Virus record (IMG/VR): IMGVR_UViG_3300032275_000189
Coordinates: 1-62,447 of that record
Direction: 5' to 3' (one strand)
Length of the DNA: 62,447 nt
DNA from: a virus
Taxonomy: Duplodnaviria > Caudoviricetes
The notes under the pieces were generated by a model. The model had not been told where the DNA came from. It made no database searches and was given only the letters and a program-made list of their open reading frames with translations. Each line of letters opens with the position of its first letter. Positions within the stretch are counted from its first letter, which is position 1. Below, one piece after another: positions 29,498-37,940 of the stretch. A program made the position numbers and the translations under genes.

Positions 29498-29569
29498 CAA
29501 ACCCGCTGCTCCTCTAGTCCGCAAGGGCAATTGAGCATCATGGGCGGGTAGACATTTCCCTTGGGTTAT

Positions 29570-29603
29570 AAAAAACCCCCGTCAATTTGGCGGGGGTTTT
29601 TTT
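29570..29603. terminator. Bidirectional intrinsic terminator
   Basis: A-tract CCCCCGTCAA / TTGGCGGGGG T-tract. Confidence 0.85.
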
Positions 29604-29604
29604 G

Positions 29605-29940
29605 TTAGCCCTTAACCTTGTTGATGCGGTCGTTATGGTCCTTGGACGTAATCGACTCTTCTTCAACTGGCAACATCTCAGGAACCCGCTCCCAATAACC
29701 CCATTGATCTTCGTTGGCTGGGTTTTGGAAGACCATGCCCTTCTTCCAATACTTGCTCAATATTTCATCAACCCGTTCTTTGGACAACTTTGCTTCTTTT
29801 GAAAGTTGAGCGGTTGATCGCCACTGCCATTTAGCACTGCGAGCCAAAGCAATGAAGAATCCTTGTTCTTCGTCGCCCTCTTTACTGCCTTGAGGATACA
29901 CCGAAGTCCACTTAGGCGGTGTCTTAACTTTATTCTTCAT
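29605..29940 (-). CDS. Hypothetical winged-helix-like protein
   Basis: WRSTAQLSKEAKLSKERVDEIL; GGAGG RBS. Confidence 0.7.
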   Translation of the reverse strand: MKNKVKTPPKWTSVYPQGSKEGDEEQGFFIALARSAKWQWRSTAQLSKEAKLSKERVDEILSKYWKKGMVFQNPANEDQWGYWERVPEMLPVEEESITSKDHNDRINKVKG

Positions 29941-30044
29941 GATTGCCTCCGAAAAAATGGCGAGATTGCCATACTATAATAATGAGGAATTTGGAGAAAA
30001 TCCAACCCCTTGAATTATATACTCTGCTTAAAAGGAAAGTCCAA

Positions 30045-30563
30045 ATGAGAAATTCACCAAGATTGAACCGCTTCGAGCGTCGGACAATGCACGCTGAGAA
30101 GCTGAAGAACGACATGAGTGGCACAGGCGTTTACATCTACGAGAACAATACTGAGGGCGATTTGAAGCTGCCGAAGCCGACAGATTCAGGAGTTCGTCAG
30201 ATTTCTCCCAAAAACAAACCTGGATGCCGGTTCCAGGGAGACAGCTACTATCTGCAATGGGTTGGTTCGCCAATGAACCTTCTCAAGTTAGTTGAAGAAG
30301 TAGTTCCAAAAATGACTCATACGGAACTAATGGAACACAGAGCCAAACAAGAGCAATTACTGGAGGAAGAAGAAATGGCTAATGAGCGACAACTGTTGCT
30401 AGACCAGCCCGATTGCATCACTCAACACGGCAAGATCGAGAGAGTGGTTGCAGAGCCTGGTCAGCAGCCGATCAACGACAATACAGACCTTTCTCAGAAG
30501 AAGCCCGCCGAGGTTCTTTTGACGGAAGACCCGTTGGATGGCGTTGAGATTATCTTGGGCTAA
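30045..30563 (+). CDS. Hypothetical protein
   Basis: AAGGA RBS, upstream TATATA, downstream terminator. Confidence 0.7.
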   Translation: MRNSPRLNRFERRTMHAEKLKNDMSGTGVYIYENNTEGDLKLPKPTDSGVRQISPKNKPGCRFQGDSYYLQWVGSPMNLLKLVEEVVPKMTHTELMEHRAKQEQLLEEEEMANERQLLLDQPDCITQHGKIERVVAEPGQQPINDNTDLSQKKPAEVLLTEDPLDGVEIILG

Positions 30564-30593
30564 TATCCAAGTCAATACGAAAAAAAGACGATC

Positions 30594-30623
30594 ACAGCAC
30601 CCGAATATTCGGGTGCTGTTTTT
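30594..30623 (+). terminator. Intrinsic terminator
   Basis: ACAGCACCCGAA / TTCGGGTGCTGT plus T-tract. Confidence 0.8.
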
Positions 30624-30636
30624 ATTTACAGCCGAT

Positions 30637-30665
30637 TTTACAAGTCGTCTCCCCCGTGGTATAAT
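30637..30665 (+). promoter_or_regulatory. Sigma70 extended -10 promoter
   Basis: TTTACA-N17-TATAAT with TG at the extended position. Confidence 0.75.
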
Positions 30666-30783
30666 CTGAGCCAAGGCATTTTCGACACCAAAATATTTCT
30701 CCCGTCGCAGTGAACCAAACGACCACCTGACTCTCTAGGGCTTGGTCAATCAGTATTGCGTCAATCAAATCTGTGGAGCAACC

Positions 30784-32106
30784 ATGTACACTCTGTATTT
30801 GCAGCGGGTTCTGTCCAAGCGAAGTAGCGACGAGAAGATTCAGGCTCAGATTGAATACATCCTTCAGCGTGGCATGGCCGGAACCCGTGGCAAGACGTGG
30901 GAAGCTATCCCGCACCGAATGCCGCCCATTCAACAGGAAAGCGGTAACTGGTTGTTCAAATATCGAGTCACTTTTGAGAAGAAGCGTGGCGAACGTGGGC
31001 AGGAAGCCGAATACAAGCAGTGGGAAGAAATCAAGGCAATGCTCCAACAAACCGGAGCCGTTGCTCGCTTCCAGCCCTTTCCTTGGACGATTCAGGTCGG
31101 ACAAAATGTTGCGACTGCTGCCACTATTCCAGTAGCTCAATTAGCTCAACCGACACAAACAGCACAGCCAGCAGCCGAACTTGACCCGGATGGCATTGCC
31201 ACGACCCCGCTGCCTCAACCTGAAGGCTTTGAAGGCGTATTGGATGGTATGCTCACCCAAATCCTGGGTGGCGTTCGCACGGTCGGACTATTTGGCCCCG
31301 CCAAGAAATGGGATCAACTGGTCGTGCCGCCTGAACTATTGGGCCGAGAAAGCGACAATCACCTTGCCGAACACCCGGCATGGAAGAACCTGTATGGTGT
31401 CAACGCTCAAACTCGCATCATACTAAGTAACATCAAGCGGGCGCAAGAAACCAACGGCGAAAGCCGTAACCATGCTGTATTGTTTGGTCACGCCGGGTGC
31501 GGCAAGACAACCACCATGTTCGCATTGGAAAGCATGTTCGGGGCCGATGCCGTATTGAAGCTGGATGCAACCAGCACCACTAAGGCAGGATTGGAGAAAC
31601 TGTTCTTCAATGACCTGAACGAAATCCCGCCGCTGGTCTTCATGGAAGAGGCTGAAAAGGCCGATCCTGAAGCCCTGAAGATTTGGCTTGGCGCTCTGGA
31701 CGACCGTGGTGAAATCCGAAAGGTCAACTTCCGAGTCAACCAACTTCGGTCGGTCAAAGTGCTGTTCATCTGCTCCGTCAACAACAAAGCCCTATTCGAT
31801 AAGATGATGGGCAGCGACGGAACTGAAGCTGGCGCTCTTTCCAGCCGGTGTGTGACGCAGGTGTATTTCCCACGTCCAAGCCAAGCTGTATTGCTCCAGA
31901 TTCTCGACAAAGAAGTTCGGGAAAAGGGCGGGCGACAAGAGTGGATTGCTCCGGCAATTCAACTGGCTGCTGAAATGGGGATCAGCGACCCTCGTATTGT
32001 CCGCAGCTACCTTGCCGGTGGCGACCGATTGCTGGACGGGACTTATCAGCGTGACTGGCAAGCCATTCATCAGGCGCAACACGCCTTCAACACCAAAGCG
32101 TCATAG
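30784..32106 (+). CDS. AAA+ ATPase (RuvB-N-like C-terminal domain)
   Basis: Walker A GHAGCGKTT, Walker B LVFMEEAEK, GALSSR arginine finger. Confidence 0.85.
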   Translation: MYTLYLQRVLSKRSSDEKIQAQIEYILQRGMAGTRGKTWEAIPHRMPPIQQESGNWLFKYRVTFEKKRGERGQEAEYKQWEEIKAMLQQTGAVARFQPFPWTIQVGQNVATAATIPVAQLAQPTQTAQPAAELDPDGIATTPLPQPEGFEGVLDGMLTQILGGVRTVGLFGPAKKWDQLVVPPELLGRESDNHLAEHPAWKNLYGVNAQTRIILSNIKRAQETNGESRNHAVLFGHAGCGKTTTMFALESMFGADAVLKLDATSTTKAGLEKLFFNDLNEIPPLVFMEEAEKADPEALKIWLGALDDRGEIRKVNFRVNQLRSVKVLFICSVNNKALFDKMMGSDGTEAGALSSRCVTQVYFPRPSQAVLLQILDKEVREKGGRQEWIAPAIQLAAEMGISDPRIVRSYLAGGDRLLDGTYQRDWQAIHQAQHAFNTKAS

Positions 32107-32117
32107 GGAGATTGATT

Positions 32118-32303
32118 GTGGGTCGTGAAATCAAACGTGTAGCCACCAGCTTTGAGTGGCCTTTGGACAAGACGTGGGAAGGCTATCTCAATCCCCATTG
32201 CAAGCACGCACATAATTGTGCTGCTTGTGATGGGTCGGGATATAGCACTATGGCGAATTTGTGCAATGACGGAAACAAAATGAACTACAAAGAGTCTAAA
32301 TAA
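32118..32303 (+). pseudogene. Probably truncated gene fragment
   Basis: GREIKRV...WPLDKTWEGYLNP..CAACDGSGYS ends abruptly at a late-promoter motif. Confidence 0.45.
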
Positions 32304-32306
32304 GCC

Positions 32307-32864
32307 ATGCAATTCAATGATTGGCTTAGATTAGACGAATCAACAACAATGAAAATGTCTGCTTTTCATTGTGGGTCTAATTTTACGCAATTTTCAACAG
32401 ATCACTCTGGCTCTGGAGAGGGAATGCGAGTATTGGGGCCAGGAATATATTTTGTGACAGATGAGAATCTAGCAAAGATGTATTGCAAATACTCACGAAC
32501 ATCAACGTCTGGTTTATATGAAGCAGAAATTGACACTACCAATTTTTATTGCTACGGTCAATCTTGGCATCGAAATGCCAACCAATCTAAATTGGTAAGC
32601 GACCGAATTGATGAAATTGCAAAAAGATATGGATTTGAAAGTGCAACTGCCATCCGGGGGATATCGGATGGCAAAATGGGAAAGCCACCAATAGGTGGAA
32701 TAGTGAAGTTGCTCGGTTGGCAAGAAGCACTTGAAACATTGGTTTCAAACGGCATTCAAGGTGCTTTGGAGTTTGTCCAACCTGGAGTCATTGAAATAGC
32801 TGTGTTTGATACTTCAACCATAAAAATGAAAAATAAGAAAGAATCACCAATGATTACACCATGA
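32307..32864 (+). CDS. ADP-ribosyltransferase-like (ART-PolyVal-type) putative injected protein
   Basis: AFHCGS.FTQFS..HSGSGEG...GPGIYF...A..Y, EIAVFD; N-terminus MQFNDWLRLDES. Confidence 0.65.
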   Translation: MQFNDWLRLDESTTMKMSAFHCGSNFTQFSTDHSGSGEGMRVLGPGIYFVTDENLAKMYCKYSRTSTSGLYEAEIDTTNFYCYGQSWHRNANQSKLVSDRIDEIAKRYGFESATAIRGISDGKMGKPPIGGIVKLLGWQEALETLVSNGIQGALEFVQPGVIEIAVFDTSTIKMKNKKESPMITP

Positions 32865-33634
32865 CAAAATATTCATTTCATCACTGGCTAAATATTCAAG
32901 AATCTCAGCAGCACATCGTTGAGATTCAAGTCGCACGATTTCTTGAAGACATTCTCGACAAGGCCACTGCTCTCAAAAAGATAGACATGCAGGCCGGTCA
33001 GCCAAATCAGACGTATACGAACTACGTCAGACAAGTTTGGCCGCAAGACGCTGTTCAGAACGGCGAATTTGTGCTGCCAAACATCTTCCCTGCTGACATT
33101 GCTGGTCAGCGAGTTCAATTCAAACTCAAGCTGGGCCACAATGCCGCTGATACCGTTCATGACAACGGTAAGTTCGAGGGCTTTGTCATCAATATGTATC
33201 CTTTCAACTATGCCAAGAGCATAGAGGACGTTGATACGCATTTGGCAACTCTCAAATCGGCAATGCACCACGAAGCAGAACACATTTACAATGTAGGCGC
33301 AGAGTATGATTCAGACGATTGGGAAGGCGACGATAAGCACCGCATGGCGATGCAATACATGAGCAATCCCGGAGAAGTTCGGGCGCACGCCAGACAAATG
33401 GCTTATATGTATGCCAAGCAATTCCCAGGTGAACCATTCGATTTAGCCAAAGCACAATCAATATTGGAAAAGCCGGGGTTCACCACAACCCACAAGAATT
33501 ACTTTAGCGGTTTTGCAAAGCCTGAAGTTTGGCAAAAAAATGTCAATAGGTTTGGCTATAACCACGCAAATCCGCACGATCAAATCATGCCATTGGTGCC
33601 ACAATTTTTGGCCCAATATCACGCTCAGTCATAA
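32861..33634 (+). CDS. Zincin-like metallopeptidase, putative injected protein
   Basis: HEAEH plus YMSNPGEVRAHA; N-terminus MTKYSFHHWLNIQES. Confidence 0.7.
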   Translation: MTKYSFHHWLNIQESQQHIVEIQVARFLEDILDKATALKKIDMQAGQPNQTYTNYVRQVWPQDAVQNGEFVLPNIFPADIAGQRVQFKLKLGHNAADTVHDNGKFEGFVINMYPFNYAKSIEDVDTHLATLKSAMHHEAEHIYNVGAEYDSDDWEGDDKHRMAMQYMSNPGEVRAHARQMAYMYAKQFPGEPFDLAKAQSILEKPGFTTTHKNYFSGFAKPEVWQKNVNRFGYNHANPHDQIMPLVPQFLAQYHAQS

Positions 33635-33744
33635 ATAGGGCATGAACAACCGCTGGATCGTGAGAAAGGCAACTTGAGGGTTGCAAATTGGCGAGTCTTT
33701 CTTAGATTGGCTCAATCCAACTTCTTTCCTCGAAGGATTTTCTC

Positions 33745-33913
33745 ATGAACCCCAAAGCTGTTGAGCTTGTCAATGAGTACGGCGACCAAGCGTAATCACG
33801 TCGCTGTTGAATTTACCGTGCTGGCGACCCACATCGGGGACACGGTTGGTGCTGAATTGTTTGCGGAATGTGCCAGGAATTTGATGGAAGCGGGCTATCA
33901 AGATGAAAGATGA
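33745..33913 (+). pseudogene. Frameshifted small gene
   Basis: MNPKAVELVNEYGDQA* continues as (Y)HVAVEFTVLATH...YQDER if one A at about 33794 is removed. Confidence 0.45.
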
Positions 33914-33960
33914 CTTCGGCGACCGAATGAAAAAATTTAGGTGATCGACTATATTACTGC

Positions 33961-34385
33961 ATGAGCAAAGAAACAGTAATATGCGATAAATGCAGTTGTT
34001 CGAGAGAACTGCTATCCATCACCATCAAGGAATGGTTTTTCGACGAAGGAGCGTTCAGACATCAACGGAGCCTTTTCTTTGTCTAAAAGAGGGCGAATCC
34101 AAAGGGATGTGCGAAATTTTTAGACATACGGAAGGTCTTTACCAGAAAGGGTTTGCAGCATTTTTGACCAGAAGTCTATGTCTAAAACATTGTCTAATTT
34201 TTGTCTTCTGTAGACGGTTTAGACATACGCCATTTCGCCCACCGTGTCGTTCCGTCTGGGCAGATGGTCCCCTCACGTTTCATCTCCTGAAGTAAATGGA
34301 TGAATATTTACAAAATGGAAAAACTCTTTGCAGAACATGCCATAAAAAGGCCCATTCTAAATGGGGAAGTCATCATGTCGAGTAA
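33961..34385 (+). pseudogene. Degenerate HNH endonuclease
   Basis: N-terminal ICDKC fragment; C-terminal fragment from 34296 reads MDEYLQNGKTLCRTCHKKAHSKWGSH; stops and frameshifts in between. Confidence 0.6.
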
Positions 34386-35214
34386 TTCAGATTTAGCTGA
34401 AAGAATGAAACTATACGAGTTAAGCGAAGCGGGGCGCAAACTGATGCCCTTGCTGCCGGTCATCGCACGGCTTGATGGCAGGGCATTTCACAGTTTTTGC
34501 AAGGGCCTCAAACGGCCATATGATGAGCGAATGTCAAGGCTCATGATTGATTGCACCAAATATTTGGTGCAAGAGACGAACGCAAGTTGCGGATACACTC
34601 AGTCTGACGAGATCACCCTTGGGTGGTTTGCTGCGGACTTCGACTGTGAAATCTTCTTTGATGGCAGAATAAGCAAAATGCTCTCCATCTTGGCGGCTAT
34701 GCAGTCGGTATATTTCAACAAGAACCTTGACAAGCATTTGCCAGAAGAATATTCGGCCAAGATGCCGACATTCGACTGTCGAGTATGGTGTGTTCCAAAC
34801 GCTATAGAAGGTGCCAACGCTTTCTTGTGGAGAGAACACGACGCCACAAAGAACAGCATCTCAATGGCTGCTCGTACTTACTTCAGCCACAAACAGGTTG
34901 AAAACAAGAACGGCCCACAGATGCAAGAGATGCTTTGGAAAGAAGAAGGCATCAACTGGAATGACTATCCTGCGTTCTTCAAGCGAGGCACATTCGTACA
35001 ACGCAAGAAGACCATGAAGCCGTTCACTGTTGAAGAAATGGATCGGTTGCCGTCTAAGCACAAGGCGAGAACCAGCCCCGCTGACAGCTTGTTCTTTGAA
35101 CGTACCGAATATGCAGAACTGGATATGCCACCATTCAACAAGGTGGTAAACAGACCAGGAGTGATCTTCTTTGGTGAAGAACCAAGATTACAAGTCGCAG
35201 AAGCGGCAGCATAA
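34375..35214 (+). CDS. tRNA(His) guanylyltransferase Thg1-like protein
   Basis: ERMKLYE, RLDGRAFHSF, YTQSDEI, FDGR, FDCR, WRE.DATKNS, KRGT. Confidence 0.92.
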   Translation: MSSNSDLAERMKLYELSEAGRKLMPLLPVIARLDGRAFHSFCKGLKRPYDERMSRLMIDCTKYLVQETNASCGYTQSDEITLGWFAADFDCEIFFDGRISKMLSILAAMQSVYFNKNLDKHLPEEYSAKMPTFDCRVWCVPNAIEGANAFLWREHDATKNSISMAARTYFSHKQVENKNGPQMQEMLWKEEGINWNDYPAFFKRGTFVQRKKTMKPFTVEEMDRLPSKHKARTSPADSLFFERTEYAELDMPPFNKVVNRPGVIFFGEEPRLQVAEAAA

Positions 35215-35218
35215 AGAG

Positions 35219-35250
35219 AAAGGCCCCGGTTTTTACCGGGGCCTTTTTTT
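35219..35250. terminator. Intrinsic terminator
   Basis: AAAGGCCCCGGT / ACCGGGGCCTTT plus T-tract. Confidence 0.85.
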
Positions 35251-35252
35251 GT

Positions 35253-35759
35253 TTAACGAATGTTTTCTTCTAACAGCCTTTTCACTCTGTTGAGATGAAC
35301 ATTGGTATCAATGCGAAGTTGTCCTGATGTGACTCGTCGGTTATTGATGCCAGTAGACGTTTTGATGTTGATGCTGACGCCGCCTCTAATGTCTTTGATT
35401 GTAACTTCGGATTTGGAATATTCCATTCCACCCTCAATAGATTCAACCATAGTAGACTTAAACACAAAACTGCCGTCTGGCTTCTTTTCAATTGTCTCTT
35501 TGCTGATCCAGATAAAGACCCCCTTGCTGGAATCTCTGCGGACCTTAAACTTGCCATTGCCAAGGTCTTCTACAAGAGATACGCCTGATGCCTCTCGCAC
35601 GGCATCTCGATGAGAGTCAACCCAATCAATAGTTCTTTGTGCTTTTGATCTGAGTTCGATTTCCTTCTCTATTGTTGCCTCTGCGTTTGCCGCACTAGCA
35701 ATTTGTGGCATAAAGATGCTTGGTACAAGCAATGCCAATAGAACCAATAAGTGTTTCAC
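35253..35759 (-). CDS. Hypothetical secreted protein
   Basis: GGAGG-N5-GTG start; signal peptide KHLLVLLALLVP...ASA. Confidence 0.7.
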   Translation of the reverse strand: MKHLLVLLALLVPSIFMPQIASAANAEATIEKEIELRSKAQRTIDWVDSHRDAVREASGVSLVEDLGNGKFKVRRDSSKGVFIWISKETIEKKPDGSFVFKSTMVESIEGGMEYSKSEVTIKDIRGGVSINIKTSTGINNRRVTSGQLRIDTNVHLNRVKRLLEENIR

Positions 35760-35884
35760 TATGCCCTCCATGTGCAAAAAAGTGTGTTTTGAAGTGTCCT
35801 TCAAGAGTTATATAGTTGTGGCGTTTGGATTTTGTTTTTGAACACTCCTTTATTCTGTCCACCCTTTTTATCGGAGAAAACAGA

Positions 35885-36622
35885 ATGAAAGGTATTATTT
35901 TAGCAGGCGGGATGGGTACGAGACTTCATCCTTTGACAAAAGTAACCAACAAATGCTTATTGCCAGTGTATGACCGACCCATGATTTATTGGCCGATTCA
36001 AACGCTTGTGGGCAGCGGCATTAAAGACATTCTTTTGGTATGTGGCGGCAACGCCGCTGGTGAATTTCTCAGGATTCTTGGCAACGGCGAAGAATTTGGA
36101 CTGAAGCATCTTCATTACACATACCAGAAAGAAGCCAAAGGTATTGCCGACGCTTTGTCGCTGGCCGAGGAGTGGGCCGACAATGAACCAGTTGCAGTAA
36201 TCTTGGCCGACAATATCTACGAGAACCCTGTCCCTCAGATTGTCACTGAATTCGAGGCAAACCCAGATGGGGCGCACATCTTCTTGACGCCGGTAGAACA
36301 TCCAGAGTGTTATGGCGTAGTCGAAACGGACGCAACAGGCAAGGTAATTGGCATCGAAGAAAAGCCAAAAGAGCCGAAGTCCAACTTGATTGCAACAGGG
36401 TTGTATATGTACGATGGAGGAGTGTGGGATTACATCAGAACCCTCAAGCCGTCCAAGCGTAATGAACTCGAAATCACCGATCTTAACAACCGTTACTTGA
36501 ACATTGGAAAGCTCCACGCTCACAAGATTGACGGTTGGTGGGCAGACTGTGGTGAAAGCCTCGAAGGATATACTCAGACGTGCTATGCAGCCAGCAAACT
36601 TGGAAAGAAAAATGCCGACTGA
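35885..36622 (+). CDS. rfbA: Glucose-1-phosphate thymidylyltransferase-like nucleotidyltransferase
   Basis: GIILAGGMGTRL.PLT...K.LLPVYD.PMI, EEKP, PSKRNELEITD, W.D.G. Confidence 0.9.
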   Translation: MKGIILAGGMGTRLHPLTKVTNKCLLPVYDRPMIYWPIQTLVGSGIKDILLVCGGNAAGEFLRILGNGEEFGLKHLHYTYQKEAKGIADALSLAEEWADNEPVAVILADNIYENPVPQIVTEFEANPDGAHIFLTPVEHPECYGVVETDATGKVIGIEEKPKEPKSNLIATGLYMYDGGVWDYIRTLKPSKRNELEITDLNNRYLNIGKLHAHKIDGWWADCGESLEGYTQTCYAASKLGKKNAD

Positions 36623-36986
36623 AAAATCTCTGAAGAGTATTGAGTTGTACGTCGAAAAATATCGGGAAAAGACAGGCACTAGCGGTCATCCTGAAAAGGA
36701 TATTCCCGATGCGGTTATTCAAGGGCTTGCTCAGAACATGGATGATTTGGGCAGGCCCTTGTGTCCATGTAATTTCTACCCGGACAAGAAAGCCGAGCTT
36801 GAAAGAAGCCGTGAATGGATTTGTGCTTGCGATGAAATGAAAAAATACAAGTTCTGTCACTGTCTGTTATTCGTAACCCCGGAAGGGTTGCCCATTACAG
36901 AATATCTCCCTGAAGATCATTATGGCAGAGCCAGTTATGGTGTCGTAAAAGACCCGACGCCAGATAAAGGCCGAGAATCGAAATGA
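36612..36986 (+). CDS. Ferredoxin-thioredoxin reductase catalytic subunit
   Basis: CPC, CAC and CHC motifs (GRPLCPCNFY...WICAC...CHCLLF). Confidence 0.88.
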   Translation: MPTEKSLKSIELYVEKYREKTGTSGHPEKDIPDAVIQGLAQNMDDLGRPLCPCNFYPDKKAELERSREWICACDEMKKYKFCHCLLFVTPEGLPITEYLPEDHYGRASYGVVKDPTPDKGRESK

Positions 36987-37870
36987 AAGTTGTAGTTTGC
37001 CCACTGGTCAGTCGAGACGTTCCGAAGGCAATTCGGGCCGTCAATTCCGTTCGTAATATGATGCCAACAACCGAAGTTGAGTTTTCGGTTGTTGCTATTA
37101 TCAATTCTTTGAACTCTGCGTTCATTAGTGAATTCAGAGAGTGGTGCGATCAAGAATCAGTTCAATACAAGATCACACCATCTAAAGGAACGCCAGCCGC
37201 AGGCAAGAATCAATGCCTGAAGTTCTTCAGGGAATCTCAATACGATGGAATGTGCATGGTCGATGGTGATGACCTGTATTATCCGAGTGCGGGCCTTCAA
37301 ATAGAACGACATCTAAAGCATCATCCTGGAACCGATTTGCTGATCGTCAAGCCATCCGATCAAATCAACAACTATAGTAACAACTCGGTTCAAATAGCAG
37401 ATAACGTACACGCCTGTTGTTGGGGCGACAATATATTCCCCTTGCCGTACACTTACGGTCCAGCACAACATGATATGTTTACAAATAGAGGGGCCGCTCA
37501 CAATCTGGGCGGGCATGTATTCTACAGTCGAAAATTTGCCGAGACACTTGCATACGATGAAGACCAATTATTGGGCGAAGACCTTTTGTTGGAATTCCAG
37601 ACATTAAAGCTACACCAAGAAGGCAAACTTTGTTTCTGGTTGAGTTTTGCGAGCGACGTGCAGTTTCTTGATCGAACAGGCGAAACCAATATTCAGGCAG
37701 TCAAGAACGAAACAGACGGCGAATTCTATTACAACCGTTTGGTCGAGAAGGTAAAATCAATTCTTGACCCGGCTCGCAGTTCATTTAACGAACTGCCGGT
37801 GGAATTTCCCAAGATCATATTTGGCCACGCCGAAAAAATTGCGTGGATCGCCCAACAAGTCATAGTCTAA
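36983..37870 (+). CDS. GT2-like glycosyltransferase
   Basis: GTPAAGKN, VDGDD, GED. Confidence 0.7.
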   Translation: MKVVVCPLVSRDVPKAIRAVNSVRNMMPTTEVEFSVVAIINSLNSAFISEFREWCDQESVQYKITPSKGTPAAGKNQCLKFFRESQYDGMCMVDGDDLYYPSAGLQIERHLKHHPGTDLLIVKPSDQINNYSNNSVQIADNVHACCWGDNIFPLPYTYGPAQHDMFTNRGAAHNLGGHVFYSRKFAETLAYDEDQLLGEDLLLEFQTLKLHQEGKLCFWLSFASDVQFLDRTGETNIQAVKNETDGEFYYNRLVEKVKSILDPARSSFNELPVEFPKIIFGHAEKIAWIAQQVIV

Positions 37871-37871
37871 A

Positions 37872-37900
37872 TTTACAAACGGCACCTTTCGTGGTAGAAT
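37872..37900 (+). promoter_or_regulatory. Sigma70 extended -10 promoter
   Basis: TTTACA-N17-TAGAAT with the same CGTGG-TA as the 30637 promoter. Confidence 0.7.
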
Positions 37901-37940
37901 CTTTCCAACCAAGGTATTCCCAAGAAAGGACGAACCGAAA

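Noticed and set aside
3104-29980. Possible middle-promoter motif C(C/T)GAAA...CATA...TAATA (3104, 7815, 29235, 29949)
   Set aside because: Spacing is inconsistent and it cannot be told from AT-rich background by eye
33990-34295. 101-aa ORF as a real gene
   Set aside because: No RBS or motif; better explained as part of the decayed HNH element
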